This document shows, piece by piece, positions 55,425 to 64,000 of a DNA stretch of 64,000 nt. The position numbers and the translations under genes are program-made. Origin of the DNA: an uncultured Solirubrobacteraceae bacterium (GTDB lineage: Bacteria; Actinomycetota; Thermoleophilia; Solirubrobacterales; Solirubrobacteraceae); contig CAWIEW010000017.1 of NCBI GenBank assembly GCA_963835285.1, positions 108,171 to 172,170 on the forward strand, read 5' to 3'. The notes beneath the pieces are model-generated. The model saw only the letters and a list, made by a program, of their open reading frames with translations. It was not told the DNA's origin and searched no databases. How positions within the stretch are numbered: position 1 is the stretch's first letter; the number at the start of each line of letters is the position of its first letter.

Positions 55425-57911
55425 CTACACCCTGATGCCCAGGGCGTGCGCCGCGGCGGCCGCTTCCCGCCGTGAGCGCACGCCCAGCTTTCCGAGCACC
55501 GCCGCGACGTGGTGGTCGACCGTGCGGATGGAGACCACCAGCCGGTCGGCGATCTCGGCGTTCGTCATCCCCTCGCTCAGCAGCTCCAGCACGACGAGCT
55601 GGCGCTCGGTGAGCCCGGCGGGGTTGGCGGGCGTGCCGGCGCGCGGCCCGCGGGGCACGCGCTCGCCCATCGCGCGCAGCCGCGCGCGGGCGAGCGCAGC
55701 CGCGGGCGCGGCGCCCAGCCCGTCGAGCACGCGGATGCCCTCGACGATCCCGTCCGGATCCTCGCCGTACACGCGGTCGAGCGCCCGTTCGTAGGGGTCG
55801 TCCGGCCACGGGTCGGCGATCGGCGGGCCCGTCACCGGCAGCCCGGCGCGCTCCATGTAGCGCTCGACCTCCGACCGGAACGGCGCGGCCCCGAAGTGCG
55901 ACAGCAGCGGCAATATCTCCCCCGCCACCGCCGCCACGACGTCGGTCTTCCCCGCCAGCCACGCCCACTCCAGGTAGGCGAGGCCGGCATAGGCGACGCC
56001 GATGATCAGCCGCTGGCTGCGGGCCTGCTCCCACGCGGCGGCGAGCATCGGCTCCGCCGCCGGGTCACCGCGCCGGGCGAGCAGGCGGCCCAGCCACGGC
56101 ACGCTGTAGACGTAGAGCATCCCGGGGTCGTCGAGCCGCAGCACGAGCTCACGCAGGCTCTCCAGCGCCGCGTCCCAGCGGCCGCGGCGGATCAGGGCGA
56201 CGCAGCGGTGGACCTCAAGGTTGTAGGCGTGCGACCAGAAGCCGCGCTCGCGCGCGAAGCGCAGGCCGTCCTCGGCCCATGACTCGAGCTCGTCGAGGTG
56301 GCCGCCGCGGGCGAGCAGCTCGACGAGGTTGCAGTAGCCGCGTGCCGCGTACTCGAACTGGCGGGCGTCGATCGCCGCGGCGATGCTCTCGTGCAGCAGG
56401 TCGAGCCCGGCCGGGTTGCCGAGCTCGACGCGCGCGAGCCCGAGGTAGTTCAGCGCGAGCGCGGCGAGGTCGTGGCGGGCCTCGCGCTGGGCCAGCTCGA
56501 ATGCGTGCACGAGCATCGGCTCGGCGCGGTCAGGGTCATCGGTCATCGCGAGGATCGCGCCGTCATAGAGCGAGGCGTGCGCGAGCGCAGGCCCGTCGCC
56601 GGTCGGCTCGAGGAGGAACACCGCCCGCGCGGCGGCCTCTTCCGCCTCGTCGGTCTCGCCGGCCATGAACAGATGCCGCGAGACGCGCACCAGGCACAGC
56701 CCGACGGCGACCGGGTCGCCGGCCTCGGCGTACAGGCGCGCGGCCTCGCGCCCGGCGTCGACCGCCTCGCGGAAGCGGTGGGCGTTGTAGAGCTCCCAGC
56801 CGTAGGCGTCGAGCACGGCGGCGCGCTCGCGCGCGGGCAGCGAGCCCACGTACGGGAGGACCGACGTGATGTGCGCGAGCGCCTGGCGGTGCGCGCCGGC
56901 CCGCGCGGCCTCCAGCCAGGCGTCCGGGCCGACGGCGAGGATGGTCTCGACGTCGCCCGCCTCGACCGCGTGGTGCATGACCCGCGCGGGCTCGGCGCCC
57001 TCCTGCGCCCGCAGCTCGCGCACGACGGCGGCGTTGAGCTGCTGTCGCCGCAGCGCGGGCAGGCTCTGCTCGATCGCCCGGCGGGCGAGCTCGTGCCGGA
57101 ACGCGACGCGGTCGGCGCTGACCTCGAGCACTCCGCCCTGCTCGGCCTCGGTCAGCGCGTGCAGGCTGCGCCCGAGCAGCCCCATCGCCAGCGACATCTC
57201 CACGTGCGACGGCACTACAGACAGCTGGTCGAGCGCCTCGCGGCACTCCGCGCCGAGCCGGCCGACGCGCGCGAGCACCGCCTCCATCACGCTCACCGGC
57301 ACGTCGTCGGCGGGCGAAGCCAGCGCCTCGGTGACGAAGAAGGGGTTGCCGCGCGTGACGCGATGCACGCGGGCGGGATCGGCGCCGGTGCCCTCGCACA
57401 GCTGCCGCACAGCGGCGGGCGACAGCGGCGCAAGCGCGACGCGGTGGACCGGGCATCCGGCGAGGCCGCCGAGGAAGCGGTTGAGCGGGTGGCGGGCGTC
57501 GACCTCGTCGTCGCGGAACGTGAGGACGAGGACGGCCCCGACGGACTCGATCCGCCGGGCGGCGTAGCCGAGGACGTCGAGCGTGGCGTCGTCGGCCCAG
57601 TGGATGTCGTCGACGACCAACACGGTCGGCGTCTGGGCTGCGAGCTCGTCGAGCAGCGCGGAGAAGATGTCGTCGACCGGCTCCGGGCCGAGCACCGCGT
57701 CGCGCAGCGGCCCCAGTGCGCGCGACGCCATCAGGTCGTCGCACGCCGACATCAGGACGCGGGCGTCCGCGTCACGCGCGAAGGTGCGCGCGAGCGTCGT
57801 CTTGCCGATCCCGGCCTCGCCGGTGACGAGCACCACCGAGCCATTCCCTGCTGCGGCGTCGGCCACCGCCGTCCGAAGGACAGCGAGCGTGTGCTCCCGC
57901 TCAAGCAGCAT
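55425..57911 (-). CDS. LAL-type (large ATP-binding LuxR family) transcriptional regulator
   Basis: Walker A GEAGIGKTT, Walker B VLVVDDIHWAD, TPR-like middle, C-terminal LuxR HTH ...LTERQLVVLELLSEGMTNAEIADRLVVSIRTVDHHV. ATG at 57911 preferred; GTG at 57962 possible. Confidence 0.85.
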   Translation of the reverse strand: MLLEREHTLAVLRTAVADAAAGNGSVVLVTGEAGIGKTTLARTFARDADARVLMSACDDLMASRALGPLRDAVLGPEPVDDIFSALLDELAAQTPTVLVVDDIHWADDATLDVLGYAARRIESVGAVLVLTFRDDEVDARHPLNRFLGGLAGCPVHRVALAPLSPAAVRQLCEGTGADPARVHRVTRGNPFFVTEALASPADDVPVSVMEAVLARVGRLGAECREALDQLSVVPSHVEMSLAMGLLGRSLHALTEAEQGGVLEVSADRVAFRHELARRAIEQSLPALRRQQLNAAVVRELRAQEGAEPARVMHHAVEAGDVETILAVGPDAWLEAARAGAHRQALAHITSVLPYVGSLPARERAAVLDAYGWELYNAHRFREAVDAGREAARLYAEAGDPVAVGLCLVRVSRHLFMAGETDEAEEAAARAVFLLEPTGDGPALAHASLYDGAILAMTDDPDRAEPMLVHAFELAQREARHDLAALALNYLGLARVELGNPAGLDLLHESIAAAIDARQFEYAARGYCNLVELLARGGHLDELESWAEDGLRFARERGFWSHAYNLEVHRCVALIRRGRWDAALESLRELVLRLDDPGMLYVYSVPWLGRLLARRGDPAAEPMLAAAWEQARSQRLIIGVAYAGLAYLEWAWLAGKTDVVAAVAGEILPLLSHFGAAPFRSEVERYMERAGLPVTGPPIADPWPDDPYERALDRVYGEDPDGIVEGIRVLDGLGAAPAAALARARLRAMGERVPRGPRAGTPANPAGLTERQLVVLELLSEGMTNAEIADRLVVSIRTVDHHVAAVLGKLGVRSRREAAAAAHALGIRV

Positions 57912-57990
57912 GCACCCATGCTGCCAGTGACGCGTGGCCTCGTCCACGTGTCCCGGAAGCACGGCGCATAACCCGGTGGAGCCCAGGTGC

Positions 57991-58004
57991 GTGGACTAGT
58001 CCAC
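57991..58004. promoter_or_regulatory. perfect 14-bp palindrome GTGGACTAGTCCAC
   Basis: Spans the hisA stop codon (57996-57998) and lies 30-80 bp upstream of the LAL regulator start. Confidence 0.4.
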
Positions 58005-58727
58005 GCCGTCGAGTGCGGCCTGGCCCTCGGCGATCGTGAAGCGCTTCTCGTACAGCGCCTTGCCGACGATGACCCCGGCGAGGTTGACCTGGCGCAGCGC
58101 CGCCAGCACCTCGAGGTCCTCACGGCGGCCGATCCCGCCCGAGTAGAGGAAGCGTCCGCGCACCGCGTCGGCGATCCGCCGCACCTCGGCCGCGTCCGGG
58201 CCCTCGAGCTTGCCGTCGCGATCGACGTTGGTGTAGACGAACGAGGCGACGCCGCGGTCCTGCAGGCGCCGGATCGCGTCCTCGGCGGGCAGCTCGGTGG
58301 TCTGCGTCCAGCCCGCGGTGGAGATGTGGCCGCCGCGGACGTCGACCGAGACGACGATCCGCGGCCCGTAGGCAGCGAGGATCTCGTCGAGGAAGTCGAT
58401 GTCGCGGAACGCCGCGGTGCCGACGATCGCCCGCTCGGCGCCCGCGCGCAGCGCGTCGCGCACCGCGTCGACCGTGCGCAGCCCGCCGCCGTACTGGACC
58501 GGCACGCCGGTGCCCTGGACGATCCGGCGCAGGTGCTCGATCGAGCGCGGCTCCCCCTCCTTGGCGCCGTCGAGGTCGACGACATGCAGGTAGCGCGCGC
58601 CCGCGTCGACCCAGCTCTGTGCGGCCTCGAGCGGGTCGTCGTGGTAGGTCGTGGCGTCCTCGAAGCGGCCCTCGACGAGCCGCACCGCGCGGCCGCCGTA
58701 GATGTCGATCGCCGGGTAGAGGATCAC
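57996..58727 (-). CDS. hisA: ProFAR isomerase
   Basis: VILYPAIDIYGGRAVRL..., ...VQYGGGLR..., ...VYTNVDRDGKLEGPD...; GTG at 58727 overlaps the hisH stop (GTGA). Confidence 0.93.
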   Translation of the reverse strand: MILYPAIDIYGGRAVRLVEGRFEDATTYHDDPLEAAQSWVDAGARYLHVVDLDGAKEGEPRSIEHLRRIVQGTGVPVQYGGGLRTVDAVRDALRAGAERAIVGTAAFRDIDFLDEILAAYGPRIVVSVDVRGGHISTAGWTQTTELPAEDAIRRLQDRGVASFVYTNVDRDGKLEGPDAAEVRRIADAVRGRFLYSGGIGRREDLEVLAALRQVNLAGVIVGKALYEKRFTIAEGQAALDGVD

Positions 58728-59344
58728 GCGGCCGGGTGGGTGGGGACGGTTTCCATGGCGAAGTTGCGCAGCAGCGCCAGGCCGTCGCGCGAGGACTTCT
58801 CGGGGTGGAACTGCACGCCCATCACGTGGCCGCGCTCGACGATCGAGACGAACGGGGTGCCGTACTCGCCGCGGCCGACGACGTCCGCCTCGTCCTCGGG
58901 CTCGCACACGAACGAGTGCACGTGGTAGAAGGCCGCCGCCTCGCCGAGCCCGTCCGCCAGTCGCGACGCGCGCGTGAACGTGACCAGGTTCCACCCGATG
59001 TGGGGCACGCGCTCGCCGCGCAACGGACGCACGCGGCCGGGGAGCAGCGCCAGCCCGGTCGCCCCCTCGTGCTCGTCGGAGGCCTCGAACAGCAGCTGCA
59101 TGCCCAGGCACAGGCCGAGCACGGGCACGCCCGCCTCGGCGCGCTCGACGATCAGCTCGTCGAGCCCCGCGGCGCGGATCCGGCGCATCGCCTCCGGGAA
59201 CGCGCCGACGCCCGGCAGCACGACGCCTTCCGCCTCGCGGATCAGATCGTGGTCGGCCGTGAGCACCGGCTCGGCGCCGACATGCTCGAGCGCCTTCTCG
59301 ACGCTGCGGCGGTTCCCCATCCCGTAGTCGACGATGGCGATCAC
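58724..59344 (-). CDS. hisH: imidazole glycerol phosphate synthase, glutamine amidotransferase subunit
   Basis: IAIVDYGMGN, catalytic GLCLGMQLL, ...VQFHPEKS. Confidence 0.95.
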   Translation of the reverse strand: MIAIVDYGMGNRRSVEKALEHVGAEPVLTADHDLIREAEGVVLPGVGAFPEAMRRIRAAGLDELIVERAEAGVPVLGLCLGMQLLFEASDEHEGATGLALLPGRVRPLRGERVPHIGWNLVTFTRASRLADGLGEAAAFYHVHSFVCEPEDEADVVGRGEYGTPFVSIVERGHVMGVQFHPEKSSRDGLALLRNFAMETVPTHPAA

Positions 59345-59937
59345 GTCAGCGTGCCCTTCGTGGACGGGATCCCCGGCTCGCTCGGATCGATCGCGACGGC
59401 CGCGCGCAGCGCACGGGCGAACGCCTTGTAACAGGCCTCGATCATGTGGTGGGCGTTGGTGCCCGCCTGCAGCTCGAGGTGCAGCGTGAGCCGCGTCGTC
59501 GAGGCCACCGCGCGAAAGAACTCCTCGGCCAGGTCGTGGTCGAAGCCGGCGATCTCGCCCGCCGGCAGCTTGTCGAACCCCTCGATCGCCGCGTACGGGC
59601 GGCCGGAGACGTCGACCGTGCAGGCGGCGCGCGACTCGTCCATCGGCACCACCGCGTGGCCGTAGCGGACGATCCCCCGGCGGTCGCCCAGCGCCTGGTC
59701 GAGCGCCTGGCCGAAGACGATGCCGGTGTCCTCGACGGTGTGGTGCGCGCCGGTCTGCAGATCGCCGGTGACGGCGACGTCAAGGTCGAAGCGGCCGTGG
59801 CGCGCGACGAGGTCGAGCATGTGGTCGAGGAAGCCGACGCCGGTGGTGCGGCGGCCGGCGCCGGTGCCGTCGAGCCCCAGGGTGAGCGACACGTCGGTCT
59901 CGCCGGTCTTGCGGGTGATCTGGGCGGTGCGGGTCAT
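59341..59937 (-). CDS. hisB: imidazoleglycerol-phosphate dehydratase
   Basis: ...GVGFLDHML..., ...DLQTGAHHTVEDTGI..., ...GTNAHHMIEA... Confidence 0.95.
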   Translation of the reverse strand: MTRTAQITRKTGETDVSLTLGLDGTGAGRRTTGVGFLDHMLDLVARHGRFDLDVAVTGDLQTGAHHTVEDTGIVFGQALDQALGDRRGIVRYGHAVVPMDESRAACTVDVSGRPYAAIEGFDKLPAGEIAGFDHDLAEEFFRAVASTTRLTLHLELQAGTNAHHMIEACYKAFARALRAAVAIDPSEPGIPSTKGTLT

Positions 59938-61124
59938 CGCGACGGCGGATTCTCCCGGATCTCCATCGACGCGGCGTGGTGCTCGAACCCCTCGGCACGG
60001 GCGATCGGCACGCCGGCGCGCGCCAGCGCGGCCGCCGCGGGGCCGACACGCACCTCCGCCATGCGGCGGCGGAAGTGGCGCGCGGACAGGCCGGACGCGA
60101 AGCGCGCGGCGCCGTCGGTGGGCAGCGTGTGGTTCGACCCCGCCACGTAGTCGCCGAACGCGGTGCCGGACTCGATGCCGACGAACAGGCAGCCGGCGTT
60201 GCGCACGCGCGGGGCGAGCGCCTCGGCGGCTTCCCCGGCCAGTTGCAGATGTTCGGGAGCGAGCGCCTCGGCGAACGCCAGCGCCGCCTCGAGATCCTCT
60301 GCGCGCACCGTCACGCCCACCTCCAGCGCCGCCAGCAGCTCGGCGTCGTCGGAGACCGCGACGACCAGCGACCCCTCACCGTGCTCGGCCTGCGCCATCA
60401 GGTCGAGCTTCAGCGGTGCCGGATCGGCGCCCGCCGAAGCGATCACAGTCAGGTCGGACGGGCCGGCGAAGCCGTCGATCCCGACTCGCCCGGCGACCTG
60501 CCGCTTGGCCTCCTGCACCCACAGGCTGCCGGGGCCGACGATCACGTCGACCGGCCGGATCGTCTCGGTGCCGTACGCGAGGGCGGCGATCGCCTGCGCG
60601 CCGCCCATCGTGAACACCTCGTCGGCGCCGCACAGCGCGGCCGCGGCGAGGATCACGGGGTGCCGCGGCGCCGCGACGACGACCTCGTCGACGCCGGCCG
60701 CGCGCGCGGTCACGGCGCCCATCACGACCGACGACGGATACGGATGGCGGCCGCCGGGGGCGTACACGGCCGCGCGCCGGACCGGCACCTCGCGCAGCCG
60801 CACGGTCTGACCCTGCGGGAGCGTGACCTCGGCCTCGTCGTCGACGCCCGCCTCGGCCACCGCCCGCACGTTGGCGATCGCGGTCTCGAGCCCCGCCCGC
60901 ACGTCACCGTCGAGCTTGTCGAGCGCTGCCGCGAGCTCGTCGGCAGACACGGTGACGCGCTCGTTGCCGGAGAACTGCTCCTCGTACTCGAGCAGCGCCT
61001 CGTCGCCGCGCTCGGCCACGTCCTCGACGATCGCCGTCACCTGGACGACGGCGATCCCGGCGACCTCGCCGCGGATCCGCGCCGCCACCGCGGCGGCGTT
61101 CTCGACGGTGCACTCAAACGGCAC
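59934..61124 (-). CDS. hisD: histidinol dehydrogenase
   Basis: ...VYAPGGRHPYPSSVVM..., ...AGPSD..., ...QAEHGEGS..., ...GDYVAGSNHTLPT... Confidence 0.95.
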   Translation of the reverse strand: MPFECTVENAAAVAARIRGEVAGIAVVQVTAIVEDVAERGDEALLEYEEQFSGNERVTVSADELAAALDKLDGDVRAGLETAIANVRAVAEAGVDDEAEVTLPQGQTVRLREVPVRRAAVYAPGGRHPYPSSVVMGAVTARAAGVDEVVVAAPRHPVILAAAALCGADEVFTMGGAQAIAALAYGTETIRPVDVIVGPGSLWVQEAKRQVAGRVGIDGFAGPSDLTVIASAGADPAPLKLDLMAQAEHGEGSLVVAVSDDAELLAALEVGVTVRAEDLEAALAFAEALAPEHLQLAGEAAEALAPRVRNAGCLFVGIESGTAFGDYVAGSNHTLPTDGAARFASGLSARHFRRRMAEVRVGPAAAALARAGVPIARAEGFEHHAASMEIRENPPSR

Positions 61125-61746
61125 GGATGCGCTCCAGCAGCGCGTCGATCTCGGCGGCCCGGAGCTTGTGCGCCACCGGGTTGGCGATCAGCCGCGCCGT
61201 CGACGTCGCGATCTCCTCGCGCACCACGAGCCCGTTCTCGCGCAGCGTCGTGCCGGTCGCCGTGAGGTCGACGATCCCCTCGACCAGCCCGGCCAGCGGC
61301 GCCAGCTCGACCGAGCCCTTGACCTCGACGATCTCCGCCTGGCGGCCGGTGCGCTCGAAGTAGGCGGCGGCGATCTTCGGGTACTTGGTCGCGATCCGCA
61401 TCACCCCGAGGCGCCGCAGCGCCTCGGCCGCCGGGTCCTCGCCGTCGACGGTGGCGAACACCATCCGGCACGGCCCGAAGCCGAGGTCGAGCAGCTCGTA
61501 CACGGCACGCTCGGGCTGCTCGGCGAGCACGTCCTTGCCGGTGATCCCGAGGTCGGCGGCGCCCGCCTCGACGTAGGTCGGCACGTCGGACGGCCGCATC
61601 GTGACGATGCCCGCGTCCTCGAACAGCAGCTTGCGGTCGTTGGCGCGCACCTCGGCGGTGTCGACGCCGAGCGTGTCGAGCAGGTCGAGCGTCTCGCCCA
61701 TCAGCGCGCCGCGCGGCACGGCGAGCCGCAGACCGCCGAGCCCCAT
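61114..61746 (-). CDS. hisG: ATP phosphoribosyltransferase, short (HisZ-dependent) form
   Basis: 210 aa; LRLAVPRG..., ...DLGITGKDVL..., ...IVDLTATGTTLRENGL...; ATG at 61746 shares one base with the hisZ stop. Confidence 0.92.
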   Translation of the reverse strand: MGLGGLRLAVPRGALMGETLDLLDTLGVDTAEVRANDRKLLFEDAGIVTMRPSDVPTYVEAGAADLGITGKDVLAEQPERAVYELLDLGFGPCRMVFATVDGEDPAAEALRRLGVMRIATKYPKIAAAYFERTGRQAEIVEVKGSVELAPLAGLVEGIVDLTATGTTLRENGLVVREEIATSTARLIANPVAHKLRAAEIDALLERIRAV

Positions 61747-62675
61747 CAGCGGCCCTCGCCGACGCGCGCGAGATGCAGGCGCTCGACGTTCAGCGCCCAC
61801 CCGCACGCCGGCAGGTCGCGGCCGAAGCGCCCCAGCAGGTCGTCGTAGCGGCCGCCGCCGCCCATCGGGGCGCCGAGCGCGGTGTCGTAGACCTCGAACA
61901 CGGCGCCCGTGTAGTAGCCGAGCGAGCGGATCAGCCCGAGGTCGAAGATGACGCGGTCGGCCACCTCCGGCGCGAGACGGTCGTACACGGCGCGCAGGTC
62001 GGCCGCCTCCGGCACCGCGTCGAGCACCTCGACGCCACCGCGCATCTGCGGCACGGTCACCAGCTCCTCGCGCCCGTGCGCGGCGACCTCGCGCTCCAGC
62101 CCGACAAAGTCGAGCGAGACGAGCTCGTGCAGGATCTGCGGGCGGGCGTCGGCCGGCACCTCGAGCCGGTCGAGCAGCCGCGGGTACAGCGAGGCGTCGC
62201 CGAGCCCGACGCGGTAGTTCTCCAGCCCGGCGGCGTCCAGGCACGCGCACAGCACGGTCAGCGCCTCGGCGGTGCCTTCCGGGCCGGGCGCACCCACGAG
62301 CTCCAGCCCGGCCTGCAGCATCTCGCGTGCCTGCCCGCGCTGCGGCCGCACGGACCGGTAGGCGTGCGCGAAGTAGCAGAAGCGCAGCGGCGGCTCGGCG
62401 GCCCCGTAGCGGGTCGCCACGACGCGGGCGATGGGGATCGTCATGTCCGATCGCAGCACGAGCACGTTGCCGTGCTCGTCGAACAGCTTGTAGGCGGGGT
62501 CGGCCGCCTTCGGGTCGCCACGGGTGAGCACGGCCTCGTACTCCAGCGCAGGCGTGGCGATCTCGCCGTAGCCGGAGGATTCGAACACGCCCCGGAACGC
62601 CTCGGTGATGGCGCGCAGCTCGCGCATCTCGTCCGGCAGGACGTCGCGCGTGCCGCTGGGGATGGGGTGGATCAC
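61746..62675 (-). CDS. hisZ: ATP phosphoribosyltransferase regulatory subunit (HisRS paralogue)
   Basis: IPSGTRDVLPDEMR..., ...LRSDMTIPIARV..., ...GGGRYDDL...; GTG at 62675 overlaps the murA stop (GTGA). Confidence 0.85.
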   Translation of the reverse strand: MIHPIPSGTRDVLPDEMRELRAITEAFRGVFESSGYGEIATPALEYEAVLTRGDPKAADPAYKLFDEHGNVLVLRSDMTIPIARVVATRYGAAEPPLRFCYFAHAYRSVRPQRGQAREMLQAGLELVGAPGPEGTAEALTVLCACLDAAGLENYRVGLGDASLYPRLLDRLEVPADARPQILHELVSLDFVGLEREVAAHGREELVTVPQMRGGVEVLDAVPEAADLRAVYDRLAPEVADRVIFDLGLIRSLGYYTGAVFEVYDTALGAPMGGGGRYDDLLGRFGRDLPACGWALNVERLHLARVGEGR

Positions 62676-63955
62676 GCCGCGACGCGCTCTATCTGCGCGC
62701 CGAGCCCTCGCAGGCGCTCGTCGATCCGTTCGTAGCCGCGATCGATGTCGCGCACGTTGTGGATCTCGCTGGTCCCGTCGGCGCAGACGGCGGCGATCAG
62801 CATCGCCATGCCGGCGCGGATGTCCGGCGAGGACAGCCGCTGGCCACGCAGCCGGCGCGGCCCGATGACGATCGCGCGATGCGGGTCGCAGATGGTGATC
62901 TCCGCTCCCATCGAGATGAGCTTGTCCACGAAGAACAGGCGGTTCTCGAACATCTTCTCGAAGATCAGCACCGAGCCCTCGGACTGGGTGGCGAGCGCGA
63001 CCGCGATCGACGTCAGATCCGCCGGGAAGGCGGGCCACGGCCCGTCCTCGACCTTGGACTGGTAGTCGCCCGCGTCGCGCGAGACGACGAGCTTCTGCCC
63101 GCCGGGCACGACGCAGTGATCGCCGTCGAGATCGCTGTGGAGCCCGAGGCGCTTGAAGACCAGGCGGATCATCCGCATGTCGTCGGGCACGCAGCCCTCG
63201 ATCCGCAGCTCGCCGCCGGTGACGCCCGCGAGCGCCATGAACGACGCGATCTCGATGTGGTCGGGGCTCACGGTGTGCTCGCAGCCGTGCAGCTTGCCCA
63301 TGCCGTGGACCTGCATCACGTTGGAGCCGATCCCCTCCACCGCGCAGCCCATCTTGTTGAGCATGCGCGCGAGGTCCTGCACGTGGGGCTCGCAGGCGGC
63401 GTTGCGGATGACGGTCGTCCCGTCGATCAGCGCCGACGCCATCAGCGCGTTCTCGGTGCCCATCACGGACGGCTCGTCCATGAAGAAGTCGCACGCCTGC
63501 AGGCCGCCGTCGGCCAGGATGCGGATGTCGTGCCCGTGCTCGACCGTGGCGCCGAGGGCGCGGAAGGCGTCGAGGTGCGGGTCGAGCCGGCGGCGGCCGA
63601 TCACGTCGCCGCCCGGGGGCGGCATCACCGCCGAGCCGAAGCGGGCGAGCAGCGGGCCGGCGGCGAGGAACGAGGCGCGGATGCGCTCGGCCAGCGACGC
63701 GTCGACGTCGGTGGTCGTGACCTTGTCGGCGTGCAGCGAGACCGTGTTGTCGTCGAGCCAGGAGGTCTTGGCCCCGAGGGCGGCGAGCAGCTGCAGCATC
63801 GCCTCGACGTCACGGATGCGCGGGACGTTGTGCAGGATCACCTCCTCGTCGGTGAGGAGGCTGCACGCGAGCAGCGGCAGCGCCGCGTTCTTGTTGCCGG
63901 CGGGCACGATCGTGCCGGACAACGGCACCCCGCCCTCGATCAGGAGCTTTTCCAT
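62672..63955 (-). CDS. murA: UDP-N-acetylglucosamine 1-carboxyvinyltransferase
   Basis: 427 aa; ...GNKNAALPLL..., active-site loop ...PPGGDVIGRRRLD... (Asp in place of the usual Cys, as in some actinobacteria), ...RAGMAMLIAA... Confidence 0.95.
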   Translation of the reverse strand: MEKLLIEGGVPLSGTIVPAGNKNAALPLLACSLLTDEEVILHNVPRIRDVEAMLQLLAALGAKTSWLDDNTVSLHADKVTTTDVDASLAERIRASFLAAGPLLARFGSAVMPPPGGDVIGRRRLDPHLDAFRALGATVEHGHDIRILADGGLQACDFFMDEPSVMGTENALMASALIDGTTVIRNAACEPHVQDLARMLNKMGCAVEGIGSNVMQVHGMGKLHGCEHTVSPDHIEIASFMALAGVTGGELRIEGCVPDDMRMIRLVFKRLGLHSDLDGDHCVVPGGQKLVVSRDAGDYQSKVEDGPWPAFPADLTSIAVALATQSEGSVLIFEKMFENRLFFVDKLISMGAEITICDPHRAIVIGPRRLRGQRLSSPDIRAGMAMLIAAVCADGTSEIHNVRDIDRGYERIDERLRGLGAQIERVAA

Positions 63956-64000
63956 GATGGGAACGGCGGGGCTCGGGCCCCGAGGCTGGGCTAGGGTAAC

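Noticed and set aside
55425-57962. A large NTPase with TPR-like repeats acting as a STAND/Avs-type defence protein
   Set aside because: The C-terminus is a canonical LuxR/GerE HTH, and the layout matches MalT/LAL transcription activators. No effector (nuclease, protease or TIR) domain is visible.
53020-57995. A mobile genomic island inserted in the his operon
   Set aside because: No integrase, transposase, tRNA target, or convincing long direct repeats were found at the borders. It is reported only as an insertion-like interruption, not as a mobile element.
1-64000. tRNA, rRNA or tmRNA genes
   Set aside because: A scan by eye for T-loop-like GGTTCGAATCC / GTTCRANYC contexts in intergenic DNA found none. 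The few GGTTCGA strings lie inside well-supported coding regions.

Overview
Very GC-rich (about 70% by eye) actinobacterial-type chromosome segment; Thermoleophilia/Rubrobacteria-like is only my guess. It is densely packed with core genes, and many neighbours share 4-nt GTGA/ATGA start-stop overlaps. Main blocks, left to right: (1) M48 peptidase, NUDIX, hydrolase, thioredoxin-TPR, dinB, RlpA-like, WS/DGAT and nadE. (2) A sigma-region-4/RskA-like pair, a PfkB kinase, and a MarR-like regulator with a DrrAB-like ABC exporter. (3) A LacI-controlled sugar operon: PMI-like cupin, FGGY kinase and ABC importer. (4) apt-SRPBCC-FAD oxidase. (5) pgsA, small coiled-coil protein, FHA and MerR, followed by proS, a GH31 glucosidase, sodA, an SPFH protein, an acyltransferase and ispG. 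(6) fadD, then rseP-dxr, then cdsA-uppS-frr-pyrH-tsf-rpsB. (7) The division-cluster tail rluD-lspA-yggT-proC-sepF-yggS-pgeF plus a CCA-family gene. (8) A his operon, murA-hisZ-hisG-hisD-hisB-hisH-hisA ... hisF. I found no tRNA, rRNA, CRISPR array, transposase or integrase. I do not see a convincing novel multi-gene system. The observations most worth follow-up are: (a) a recurring box CGGCTGGGTAGGGC(G/A)GC paired with strong hairpins at three gene ends, one copy MITE-like with inverted termini; (b) a roughly 5-kb insert splitting hisA from hisF, carrying an ECF sigma factor, a secreted RTX-like calcium-binding protein and a LAL/LuxR regulator; (c) an RsiG-like small coiled-coil protein with a near-canonical c-di-GMP motif; (d) clean regulatory palindromes, namely a perfect CRP-type site, twin LacI operators and a centred proS/GH31 hairpin; (e) an unusual number of single-base frameshifts in essential genes, including one that fuses rpsB to tsf. 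The frameshifts look more like sequence error than decay, but this needs checking. Start codons follow the ORF track, which also uses GTG/TTG; where I moved a start I say so.
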